Shown here: piece after piece, positions 8,923-17,469 of the stretch
Layout: each line of letters starts with the position of its first letter
Numbering within the stretch: position 1 is the first letter of the stretch
Source of the DNA: Myxococcota bacterium
Lineage (GTDB): Bacteria > Myxococcota_A > Polyangia > Polyangiales > Houyiibacteriaceae
Length of the DNA: 64,000 nt
Direction: 5' to 3'
Assembly (NCBI GenBank): GCA_039177115.1
Contig: JBCDFZ010000003.1
Span: 18,564 to 82,563, forward strand
The notes under the pieces: model-generated
Told to the model about the DNA's origin: nothing
The model's database searches: none
What the model saw: the letters and a program-made list of their open reading frames with translations, nothing else
Made by a program: the position numbers and the translations under genes

Positions 8923-9789
8923 CTACCGCGGCTTGCGGATTCGCATCAGCCCTTCTTGGGCGACGGACGCCACGAGGGTCCCGTCCTGCGAGTGAATGTA
9001 GCCGAAGTTGAGACCCCGACCGCCGGCCGTGCGCGGGCTCTCGGTGGTGTAGAGAAGCCAGTCGTCGACCTTGATGTCGGAGTGAAGCCAGATGGCATGA
9101 TCGAGGCTAGCGATGATGAGCTCTTGCGAAAGGAAGCCGCGACCATGCTGGTTGAGCGAGCTTTCGAGCAGCCCGAAGTCACTGGCGTAGGCGAGGATGG
9201 CCTGATGGATTACTGGGTCGTCTCCGACTTCGCCGCGCGCTTTGAACCACATGCGCTTGATTCCGGTGTTCGGCGATGGGTCGAGTAGGTCCATATGGTC
9301 GATCTCGCGGCGCTCGATGGGGCGATCGAGCTTGAGCAGGAACGCGAACGCGGGGTGCTCGGACTGCTCGGTATACGCGGCCATCCGCTCTTCGTTGGTG
9401 GGTACCGCCGAAGGGGGTGGCGCCTCTGGCATGGGTCGCTGATGCACGAGTCCCTCCTCCGGCGCTTGGAAGGACACCGACATGTTGAAGATCGCCTTCC
9501 CGTGCTGCTTGGCGACCACGCGGCGCGTGGCGAAAGAACGTCCGTCCCGAATGCGGTCCACGTCATAGATGACCGGCACCTTGGTGTCGCCTTCGCGAAG
9601 GAAATAGCCGTGCAGCGAGTGGGCTACGCGACCCTCCACCGTCCGGCACGCGGCGATGTGTGATTGCGCGGCGACCAGGCCTCCGAAGATCCGCGGACGG
9701 CCGTCGTTCGGGGAAGTGCCGCGGTACAGGTTCTCGTCGAGCCGTTCGAGGTCGAGCCGTTCGAGGAGCGAGTCGATCGCAGAATCCAC
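8923..9789 (-). CDS. tesB: Acyl-CoA thioesterase II
   Basis: 288 aa. N-terminus: LLERLDLERLDENLYRGTSPNDGRPRIFGGLVAAQS. Double hot-dog length and motifs typical of TesB. Confidence 0.8.
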   Translation of the reverse strand: MDSAIDSLLERLDLERLDENLYRGTSPNDGRPRIFGGLVAAQSHIAACRTVEGRVAHSLHGYFLREGDTKVPVIYDVDRIRDGRSFATRRVVAKQHGKAIFNMSVSFQAPEEGLVHQRPMPEAPPPSAVPTNEERMAAYTEQSEHPAFAFLLKLDRPIERREIDHMDLLDPSPNTGIKRMWFKARGEVGDDPVIHQAILAYASDFGLLESSLNQHGRGFLSQELIIASLDHAIWLHSDIKVDDWLLYTTESPRTAGGRGLNFGYIHSQDGTLVASVAQEGLMRIRKPR

Positions 9790-9834
9790 CGAGGGCGCAT
9801 AGCATCGAGACCGGCGCTTTGGTAGCTTCGCTCG

Positions 9835-10740
9835 ATGGTCGACTTCGTACGGACCCCAGAAAGCCGATTTGCGAATCTCCCCGATTACCCGTTCGAGCCG
9901 AACTACGCCGACGTGGGCGGACTACGTATGCACTACGTCGACGAGGGGCCGATCGACTCGCCGCCCGTTCTGCTACTCCATGGCGAACCCAGCTGGTCGT
10001 TCCTCTATCGTTTCATGATCCCTCGCTTGGTCAACGCCGGTCACCGAGCCATCGCTCCCGACCTGATTGGATTCGGCAAATCCGACAAACCAACTCGACA
10101 AGCCGACTACTCGGTCGCGAGACACGTGGACTGGTTACAGCATCTCATCGATGGCCTCGGGCTCGACCGAATCACCTTGTTTGGTCAAGACTGGGGCTCG
10201 AGCCTCGGACTGCGGCTGGCTGCCGCGAACGAATCCCGGTTCTCGCGGATCGTGATCGGCAACGGACTCCTGCCGGCAGAGCACGGACTCGAAACCAAAC
10301 GAGCGCTGGTCCGAGCGTGGCAGGCCTTCACGCGATGGAGCCCGTGGATCCCCGTCGGGCGAATCGTCGAAGGCGCGGCCGGTCGAAGCTTCAACCGCGC
10401 GGAGCGCCAGGCCTACGATGCGCCCTTCCCATCGAACGAGTACCTCGCTGGCGTTCGAGTGTTCCCGCAGCTGATCCCAATGTCGGAACATGACCCTGCG
10501 ACGCGAGACAACGTCGAGGCGTGGCGTGTCTTGAAGCAGTGGCAGAAGCCCTTCCTGACGCTCTACAGCGACAGCGATCCGGTACTCGGCGGGATGGACC
10601 GACTCTTCCAGGAGCGCGTCCCGGGCGCCCGCGGCCTGCCCCATCACATCGTGAAAGGAGGCCACTTCTTGCAAGAGGTGTCGGGCCCCGAGCTAGCGGA
10701 GCGAATCCACTCGCTCATCGAGGCCACTCCGCCAAATTAG
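9835..10740 (+). CDS. Haloalkane dehalogenase-type alpha/beta hydrolase
   Basis: FANLPDYPFEPNY..GLRMHYVDEGP..VLLLHGEPSWSFLYR, and an Asp nucleophile elbow GQDWGS. TAGCTT sits 6 nt upstream of the ATG. Confidence 0.75.
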   Translation: MVDFVRTPESRFANLPDYPFEPNYADVGGLRMHYVDEGPIDSPPVLLLHGEPSWSFLYRFMIPRLVNAGHRAIAPDLIGFGKSDKPTRQADYSVARHVDWLQHLIDGLGLDRITLFGQDWGSSLGLRLAAANESRFSRIVIGNGLLPAEHGLETKRALVRAWQAFTRWSPWIPVGRIVEGAAGRSFNRAERQAYDAPFPSNEYLAGVRVFPQLIPMSEHDPATRDNVEAWRVLKQWQKPFLTLYSDSDPVLGGMDRLFQERVPGARGLPHHIVKGGHFLQEVSGPELAERIHSLIEATPPN

Positions 10741-10852
10741 CGCGTCTCACGGGGTGACACATGGCCGTTACGAATCGTCCAGAGTGACTCGGGTTTAGCG
10801 GAACACCGCCAAATCATTGCGGTGAAAGGGCGATTGTCGCTACCCTTGCGGC

Positions 10853-11332
10853 ATGGTGGGTGGACCGGATCTGGGACCCAGACCGAGCGGCGTGAAGCTC
10901 GAGTTCGACGTGAGCATGTGGCCGCTCTGCCTGGTGACCATGCCAGCCGAGATGTCCCTCGAGGACATCGACTTCCTGCAGGCTTCGTACGAGCACGTGT
11001 TCGCCTCGCCGAACCGTCACGCACTCATCGTGGACACCACCATGATCGAGAAGATCCCCGATGCAACCCTCCGTCGACGCATGAAGGAGTTCGAAGACTC
11101 GCGTCGTCCAATCATCCGAGAGAAAAACATCGGAAGCGCGATCGTGTTGTCGAGCTCGGTAGTGCGCGGCGCCTACACGGCACTCCGATGGATTTCGCCC
11201 CAGCCCGCGCCCAACAAAGCCTTCGCGAACGTGCGAGACGCGGCTCGGTGGTGCATCGAAGGTATCGAGGCGGACGGGCAAGACCTGCCGCCTACGGCGT
11301 ACATCCTCGCAGGCCTCTCCGAAGCAGGCTGA
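10853..11332 (+). CDS. Hypothetical protein, 159 aa (possibly a STAS/SpoIIAA-like fold)
   Basis: Coding-like composition. TACCCT sits exactly 6 nt upstream of ATG 10853. I recognise no family. Confidence 0.5.
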   Translation: MVGGPDLGPRPSGVKLEFDVSMWPLCLVTMPAEMSLEDIDFLQASYEHVFASPNRHALIVDTTMIEKIPDATLRRRMKEFEDSRRPIIREKNIGSAIVLSSSVVRGAYTALRWISPQPAPNKAFANVRDAARWCIEGIEADGQDLPPTAYILAGLSEAG

Positions 11333-12346
11333 TCAGGCGGGCGGCCCGAGCCGGCTTGCGCCCCTCGGTGAGCGGAGAAGAAGCGCGAGCCAACTCCACT
11401 CGTCCGACTGCGACGCCGTGATGCGCACGATGATCGTGAGCGGAACGGACAGCAGGGCACCAACCGGCCCGAGGACGAATCCCCAGAACACCATCGACAA
11501 CACCACCACGGTAGGTGACAGGTCGGTCGCGTCGCCGGCCCAACGTGGTTCGATCCCGATGCCAATGAGGAAGTTGATCGCCATATAGCCGAGTGCGATC
11601 CCGATGGCGGGGGCGATACCGAGGGTGACCAGCGAGAGTGCGATGGCAGGAACGGAAGCGAGGATGCTTCCGATGCTCGGGATGTAGTTCAAGATGAACG
11701 CGAGGAGCCCAAACAGCAGCGAGTGTCCGAGCCCCACGACTGCCGTCAGCGCGGCGACGAGAAGACCGGTCGCCGCGCTCGTTGCGGTCTTGATGAGCAG
11801 ATACTGCTGGACGTCGCGGGCCGCGCCACGGAGCACCTGCGCGTTGAAACGGCCGAGGCGGTCGGTATTGGCGAGCTTTCTCGAAAACGACGAGCCTTCC
11901 ACCACCAAGAACACGGTGATGAGCAGCACCAGGAACCCCGCGGAGACGACGCTGAGCGCGAGCGTAAAGCCGGGCAGCGCCAGGCCGCGAACGAGGTCGC
12001 TGGGCTCGAACTCCTGCACGGCGGTCGCCGGGATTCCGAGCCCCTGAGCCCAGAGCCAGTTGGCGAGCTCCGCCTGGAGCGAATCCCACTCGGCCCGGTA
12101 CTGGGTGAACGCGCCGGCGAGATCGGTTGCCGCGCGGGTCGTGAGGAACCCGAGGAGCGAGACGACTCCGACCGCCGAGAGGCACGCGATCGCCACGGCG
12201 AGCCATCGGGGCAGGCCTTTTTCCGTGAGGCCGACGATCTTCGAGAGACTCACCGCAATGAGGCTCGCTAGAAGCACCGGAATGACGATGGGCCGCCCCA
12301 AGCTCAACACCACGAGGAACACGCCGAAGGCGGCCAACCGAACCAT
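11333..12346 (-). CDS. AI-2E family (PerM/YhhT-like) transporter
   Basis: 337 aa, about 8 TM helices, conserved C-terminal half (...YIPSIGSILASVPAIALSL...VFWGFVLGPVGALLSVPLT). TAGTCT sits 6 nt upstream of the ATG. Confidence 0.8.
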   Translation of the reverse strand: MVRLAAFGVFLVVLSLGRPIVIPVLLASLIAVSLSKIVGLTEKGLPRWLAVAIACLSAVGVVSLLGFLTTRAATDLAGAFTQYRAEWDSLQAELANWLWAQGLGIPATAVQEFEPSDLVRGLALPGFTLALSVVSAGFLVLLITVFLVVEGSSFSRKLANTDRLGRFNAQVLRGAARDVQQYLLIKTATSAATGLLVAALTAVVGLGHSLLFGLLAFILNYIPSIGSILASVPAIALSLVTLGIAPAIGIALGYMAINFLIGIGIEPRWAGDATDLSPTVVVLSMVFWGFVLGPVGALLSVPLTIIVRITASQSDEWSWLALLLRSPRGASRLGPPA

Positions 12347-12352
12347 GGGCGG

Positions 12353-12358
12353 AGACTA
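12353..12358 (-). promoter_or_regulatory. -10-like TAGTCT, 6 nt upstream of the AI-2E transporter ATG
   Basis: The minus strand reads TGCTAGTCTccgcccATG. Confidence 0.35.
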
Positions 12359-12414
12359 GCAGACGACCATGAAAAGCACGGGCGTCGGCCACCGTGCTGA
12401 AAAAGAGCGCCGTT

Positions 12415-12798
12415 CTAGACGGTTCTGCCCCGCAGCAGCGTGAAACCCGATGCCCCGGTGAAGCGCATCGTACCGACGATGTAGGTCAGGGAGACGACCC
12501 CGTCGAACACGGCAACCGCATACTCCCATGGCGTCGACGCGAGTCCGTTCGGCACCGCATAGAGAACGCTACAGACCGCAGTCAGGCGAACCAGCGCCTG
12601 CCAGAACACGATCGGCGCTCGGGCCTCGATGTCCTTCGAGGCCCACATCAAGGCTGCTCCGGCAAACATCAGGAAGGCGCCGAGCGTCATGAGGGCCACG
12701 AAGGTTCCAGGCTCGGGCCGCATCAGCGGCGGAATCCACACCCCGAGCCCAAGCAAAACGTCGAGAAACCCGGTCACGTAAACGAACTTTTTGAACAC
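12415..12798 (-). CDS. Small integral membrane protein (4 predicted TM helices), unknown function
   Basis: GTG start preceded by AAGGAG 6 nt upstream. Hydrophobic helices throughout. Confidence 0.55.
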   Translation of the reverse strand: MFKKFVYVTGFLDVLLGLGVWIPPLMRPEPGTFVALMTLGAFLMFAGAALMWASKDIEARAPIVFWQALVRLTAVCSVLYAVPNGLASTPWEYAVAVFDGVVSLTYIVGTMRFTGASGFTLLRGRTV

Positions 12799-13040
12799 TA
12801 CGCACTCCTTGATGCTGCGAAGTCGCGAGCGTCCGCGAGTCTAGACGAACGCACTCAGCGTGTCATCGCTACCTCGTTTGGCTGCGAACGCCGCCGACTG
12901 TTACGTGTCGCGCGGCCGGGTGTGTGAGCAACCGTACAATCATCAGGGGTAGCCGTTGACGACCCGGAACCACCCCTCGACACTGAACTTTTGGGGGAAA
13001 GCGCGGCGGATGACCGCGTGCTCAGCGGTGAGGGGGACCG

Positions 13041-13772
13041 ATGAAGCACTTGGCTTGGATTGCAGGACTAACGCTGTTGGCGGCGTCGAGCGTATCGGCG
13101 CAGACGATGCAGACGACGATCTCCGGAACGGAGGAAGGGGTGAGCGTGGTGCCGCCGCAGCCGGCGGAGGATCGCAAAGAGTCGAAGGTCTACAACAAGG
13201 TCGTCGGCGGCCTCGTTTGGTTGGAAGGCACCATCGGGCCCTCGCAGTTCAACGTCACGAAGTTTCGTAGCCTGAACCTCGTGCCGGCAGAGATCGCCGC
13301 ACAGGTTCCGTCCGTGGTGGTGAGTGGCCCGGAGTTCGGCGCATCGCTGAAGATTCGCGCGGGCTCGGTCGTGGTGGGAGGCAACTTCCAATGGGCGGAC
13401 TACGAGCCGTTCGACTTGATCACGGCGGGGCTCGGTTTCGAGTTCTTGATCCGCGCAGTGCCCTACGTGCAGCCGACGATCAAGTTCGGCCTCAACTACA
13501 ACACGACCCGCGGCGGGCTCGCGATCCCGCAGATCCCCGGCGGACCTTCACTGGCAGATCTCACCAACGTGCGAACGGACGGTGGCGGCGCATCGATCGG
13601 GCTCGGGCTTCGAATCCCGATCGTGAAGTGGGTGTCGCTGGCGGCGGAGTTCGACTACTCGGTCATCGGACTTGCCGTCCGAGGCGACCTTGCCGGAGAC
13701 TCGTTCACCGGGGGCACTGCGGGAACGGCCATCGCAGGTACCTTCGCGCTGACGATTCATCTCGGCACCTGA
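13041..13772 (+). CDS. Secreted outer-membrane beta-barrel-like protein
   Basis: Signal peptide MKHLAWIAGLTLLAASSVSAQ. Gly-rich alternating beta-strand pattern. GAGGGGGA SD upstream. Confidence 0.6.
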   Translation: MKHLAWIAGLTLLAASSVSAQTMQTTISGTEEGVSVVPPQPAEDRKESKVYNKVVGGLVWLEGTIGPSQFNVTKFRSLNLVPAEIAAQVPSVVVSGPEFGASLKIRAGSVVVGGNFQWADYEPFDLITAGLGFEFLIRAVPYVQPTIKFGLNYNTTRGGLAIPQIPGGPSLADLTNVRTDGGGASIGLGLRIPIVKWVSLAAEFDYSVIGLAVRGDLAGDSFTGGTAGTAIAGTFALTIHLGT

Positions 13773-13792
13773 CGATAGGCCCGATTTCAACG

Positions 13793-13839
13793 TCGCCGCA
13801 GACGCGCTGAGGGAAGCGGGCGGCGAGTTTTTTTGTTTT
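13793..13839 (+). terminator. Rho-independent terminator after the OMP gene
   Basis: Stem TCGCCGC (13793..13799) pairs with GCGGCGA (13820..13826). It is followed by TTTTTTTGTTTT. Confidence 0.55.
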
Positions 13840-13878
13840 GCTGGGCCACGCCGATAGCGATATCGTCAGCCCGTTCTC

Positions 13879-15543
13879 GTGATGAGATTCGGCCCATATC
13901 TCTCGGCCTCCCTCGTCGCGGCGGCTTGCCTGAGCTGCAGCGGGGGTGGAGACGGTTCCGGCGCAGCGCCTGCGGTGGAAGCCGGACCCGTGGCGCTCCG
14001 TCGACTGACGACCGAGCAGTACACCGCAAGCGTTCGCGACGCCCTCGGCGATCACATCACCGTGCCGAGCCGCATCGATCCCGACGAGCGTCGGGAAGGC
14101 CTTCTGGCGGTCGGATCCACGTTTGCCGGCGTGACGCCTTCCGGCTTCGAGAAGTACGAAGCCGCTGCGACGACGATCGCAGAGCAGGCGCTGGACCCGG
14201 AGTATCGGGCAGTCCTCGTCGGCTGTGAGCCCCAATCCTCGAGCGGTGCGGACGACGTCTGTGCCCGCGAGTTCTTGGGCCGCGTTGGACGTCGACTCTT
14301 CCGGCGAGACCTGACGAGTGACGAACTCGAGGGCCGCGTTGCCGTCGCACGCGACGCCGCTGGCGTGCTCGGCGGCTTCTACGAAGGGCTCGAACTCGCG
14401 CTCGCTAGCTTGCTGGTGTCACCTGATTTTCTCTTTCGCGTAGAGCGCACGGAAGCCGATCCAGACGACGACACGCGTCAACGACTCACCGCCGGAACGA
14501 TCGCCGCGCGGCTCAGCTATCTCCTTTGGAACACCACCCCCGACGATGAGCTCCTGAACGCTGCAGATGACCGTACCTTGCTCGAGCGCGACGTCTTGCT
14601 CGAGCAGGTGGATCGACTGTTGGCCTCCCCGCGCGCGGAGGTGGGGCTGCGGTCGCTGTTCTCCGACCTCCTCGACTTCAGGCAGTTCGACGACGGCTTG
14701 GTCAACAAGGACGCCTCGCTGTTTCCGGCTTTCACGCAAACCATTGCGCAGGACGCCAAAGAGCAGACTCTTCGGACGCTCGTCGATCACCTGACGTCTG
14801 GGCGCGACTATCGGGATCTGTTCACGACGAGGCGCACGCACCTCTCGCGCGAGCTCGGCCAGGTGTACCAGGTTCCCGTGGTGACGGCGTCCGGCTTCGA
14901 GCCCCATGTCTTCGACGACGCGGTTCCCCGGGCCGGGCTGCTTTCGCATGTCAGCGTCATGTCGCTCCATGCCCAGCCCGGTCGGAGCTCCGCCACGCTT
15001 CGAGGTAAGTTCGTGCGCGAGGTCCTGCTCTGCCAAGAGGTCCCGACACCTCCGGCCGACGTCGACTTCTCGATTGTCGAGAACACGGCCGGCGAGCTCC
15101 GAACGGCTCGCGAACGCCTCGAGGTCCACGTGACGAACGACGAGTGCTCTGGCTGTCACAACTTGATGGACCCGATCGGTCTAGCCTTCGAGAACTTCGA
15201 TGCGATGGGAGCGTTCCGAGAGACCGAGAACGGCATCACTATCGACGCCTCGGGCCAGCTCGACGGCGTCCCCTATGATGGCCCGCTCGAGGCCGGCGAG
15301 GCGCTGCGAAACCACCCGAACCTCGGATCCTGCTTCGTGCGAACGCTGTTCCGCTACGCAGTAGGTCGCGACGCCGTACCCACCGAGTGGCCTCTGATCG
15401 ACTACCTCGGTGAGCGATTTGCCGAAGGCGGCTACGTCGCCAACGACATCGTCCGCGAGATCGTGCTGAGCGATGGGTTCCTCTTCACTTCAGGGCCCAG
15501 AGACCTGGAAGTCACGGACGAAACACAGGAGGCTGCCGAGTGA
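13879..15543 (+). CDS. DUF1592/DUF1588/DUF1585-type protein with a heme-c motif (Planctomycetes/Myxococcota PSD family)
   Basis: Lipoprotein-like signal MMRFGPYLSASLVAAACLSCSGG. CxxCH motif ECSGCHNLMDPIG. Paired with a DUF1552 gene by a GTGA overlap. Family assigned from memory. Confidence 0.7.
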   Translation: MMRFGPYLSASLVAAACLSCSGGGDGSGAAPAVEAGPVALRRLTTEQYTASVRDALGDHITVPSRIDPDERREGLLAVGSTFAGVTPSGFEKYEAAATTIAEQALDPEYRAVLVGCEPQSSSGADDVCAREFLGRVGRRLFRRDLTSDELEGRVAVARDAAGVLGGFYEGLELALASLLVSPDFLFRVERTEADPDDDTRQRLTAGTIAARLSYLLWNTTPDDELLNAADDRTLLERDVLLEQVDRLLASPRAEVGLRSLFSDLLDFRQFDDGLVNKDASLFPAFTQTIAQDAKEQTLRTLVDHLTSGRDYRDLFTTRRTHLSRELGQVYQVPVVTASGFEPHVFDDAVPRAGLLSHVSVMSLHAQPGRSSATLRGKFVREVLLCQEVPTPPADVDFSIVENTAGELRTARERLEVHVTNDECSGCHNLMDPIGLAFENFDAMGAFRETENGITIDASGQLDGVPYDGPLEAGEALRNHPNLGSCFVRTLFRYAVGRDAVPTEWPLIDYLGERFAEGGYVANDIVREIVLSDGFLFTSGPRDLEVTDETQEAAE

Positions 15544-16898
15544 CCCGCCGATTCCATCGCCGCTCGCTCCTCCGCGGAACGCTCGCCGGTGGTGCCGTGG
15601 CCATGGGGCTCCCGCTGCTCGACTGCTTCTTGAACGACCACGGCACGGCGCTCGCTCAGGGTGCGCCGATTCCGATTCGCTATGGAAGCTGGATGTGGGG
15701 ATGCGGCATGAACCCCGACCGGTGGAATCCGACCAGCGCCGGTACGGACTGGGAGCTGACCCCGGAGCTCGTCGCGCTCGGTCGAGAACTCCCGCAGGGC
15801 GGCACCGTCAGGGACCACGTCACGGTGCTGAGCGGCTTCGACGTCTTGCTTGGGGGACGCCCCAACTTTCCGCACACCGGGGGACTGGTCTCGACCACCA
15901 CCGGAAGCGTACCCCTCGAAGACGGAGTGTACGTCGAACCGACGCTCGATTCGGTCATTGCGTCGGAGATTGGCAAAGCCACGAGGTTCCGCTCGATCGA
16001 GATGTCCGCCACCGGGAACCCGAATCAGTTCTACAGCTACGAGGCGAGAGGCGTCCCGAACGCGCCCGAGATCTCGCCGGCCGCGCTCTACACCCGGGTC
16101 TTCGGGCCCGAGTTCGCCGACCCGAACGCAGGCCCGTTCGTGCCCGACCCGCGGCTCATGCTCCGCCAGAGCGTCCTGTCCGTCGTCAAAGAAGACCGCG
16201 ACCGGCTGATGGGCGAGCTCGGCACGCACGATCGGCAGCGCCTCGACCAATACTTCACCTCCGTCAGACAGCTCGAGCAGCAGATCGACGTGCTGCTAGC
16301 AGGCCCGCCGGACCTTGAAAGCTGCATGAAGGCGCCCGAACCCGGGCCGGAGAGCCTCGGGAACGAGGTCGGTCAGTCGCGAACCACCAATAAGCTCATG
16401 GCGGACATCCTCGCGTTCGCGCTGGCGTGCGACCAAACGCGCGTGTTCAGCATGATGTTCTCGTTTCGGCTTTCAGGGCTCCGTCAGGCCGGATCGAACT
16501 CCGAGCACCACCAGCTCACGCACGACGAGGCGGTCGTGGCGAGTCTCGGATACCAGCCGGAGGCCACCCAATTCGTCTTCGACTCCATGGAGGGCTGGGC
16601 CGACTTCGTGGAATCACTTGCCGCCATCCCCGAGGGCCAAGGGACCCTGCTCGACAATTGCTTGGTGTACGCCCACTCGGACGTCTCCTTCGCCAAGGTG
16701 CATGGCGTCATCGGGATCCCGCAGATGATCGCCGGCCGGGCCGGGGGCGCCATCACACCAGGGCTTCACATCCCGGGCAACGCTTCGCAGACCACCCGCG
16801 TCGGTCTCACGATCCAACAGGTGATGGGGCTCAACGTAGAGCGCTGGGGGACGCTTTCGATGGAGGCGACTCTGCCGGTCAACGAGCTTCTGGCGTAG
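15540..16898 (+). CDS. DUF1552 family protein with a twin-arginine signal
   Basis: TAT-type N-terminus RRFHRRSLLRGTLAGGAVAMG. Its start GTG overlaps the upstream stop (GTGA). Confidence 0.7.
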   Translation: MTRRFHRRSLLRGTLAGGAVAMGLPLLDCFLNDHGTALAQGAPIPIRYGSWMWGCGMNPDRWNPTSAGTDWELTPELVALGRELPQGGTVRDHVTVLSGFDVLLGGRPNFPHTGGLVSTTTGSVPLEDGVYVEPTLDSVIASEIGKATRFRSIEMSATGNPNQFYSYEARGVPNAPEISPAALYTRVFGPEFADPNAGPFVPDPRLMLRQSVLSVVKEDRDRLMGELGTHDRQRLDQYFTSVRQLEQQIDVLLAGPPDLESCMKAPEPGPESLGNEVGQSRTTNKLMADILAFALACDQTRVFSMMFSFRLSGLRQAGSNSEHHQLTHDEAVVASLGYQPEATQFVFDSMEGWADFVESLAAIPEGQGTLLDNCLVYAHSDVSFAKVHGVIGIPQMIAGRAGGAITPGLHIPGNASQTTRVGLTIQQVMGLNVERWGTLSMEATLPVNELLA

Positions 16899-16920
16899 TT
16901 CTGCTAAGCTCCGCGCGCTG

Positions 16921-17466
16921 ATGGGCGCCACACGGAAACGCGTTCTAGTCCTCTTCGCACACCCTGCGCTCGAACGATCGCGCGTCAATCGCGAGTTGAG
17001 CCGAGACGTCGGCAAGCTCGACGGGGTGACCTTCCACGACCTGTACGAAGCGTATCCCGACTTCGACGTCGACGTGAAGCGCGAGCAGGCCATGCTGTTG
17101 GAGCACGACATCATCGTCATGCAGCACCCGCTCTTCTGGTACAGCACGCCCGCACTCCTAAAACAGTGGGAAGACCTGGTGCTCCAGCATGGGTGGGCTT
17201 ATGGCAGTCACGGAACCGCGCTCTATGGAAAAAAGGTGCTGAGCGCCATCACCGCGGGCGGGAGCAAGGCGGCCTACCAACACGACGGGTATCACCAAAC
17301 CACGATCGACGAACTGCTTCTACCCATCAAGAAGACGGCAAACCTCTGCGGCATGGAGTACCTGCCACCCTTCGTGGTCTACGGAACACTCGACATGACG
17401 TCTGCACGCATGAAGGAACACGCTGCAGACTACCGCCGCAAGCTAGAGGAGCTCGTCGAAGGCTGA
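16921..17466 (+). CDS. kefG: Glutathione-regulated K+ efflux ancillary protein (flavodoxin-like quinone oxidoreductase)
   Basis: VLVLFAHPALERSRVNR...HDLYEAYPDFDVDVKREQAMLLEHDIIVMQHPLFWYSTPALLKQW closely parallels E. coli KefG as I recall it. It lies directly upstream of the kefB-like gene. Confidence 0.8.
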   Translation: MGATRKRVLVLFAHPALERSRVNRELSRDVGKLDGVTFHDLYEAYPDFDVDVKREQAMLLEHDIIVMQHPLFWYSTPALLKQWEDLVLQHGWAYGSHGTALYGKKVLSAITAGGSKAAYQHDGYHQTTIDELLLPIKKTANLCGMEYLPPFVVYGTLDMTSARMKEHAADYRRKLEELVEG

Positions 17467-17469
17467 CCA

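Noticed and set aside
12375-12398. Hairpin AGCACGG-N10-CCGTGCT between the small membrane protein gene and the AI-2E transporter start, considered as a terminator
   Set aside because: On the relevant minus strand it is followed only by TTTC. On the plus strand no gene ends there. It is too weak to call.
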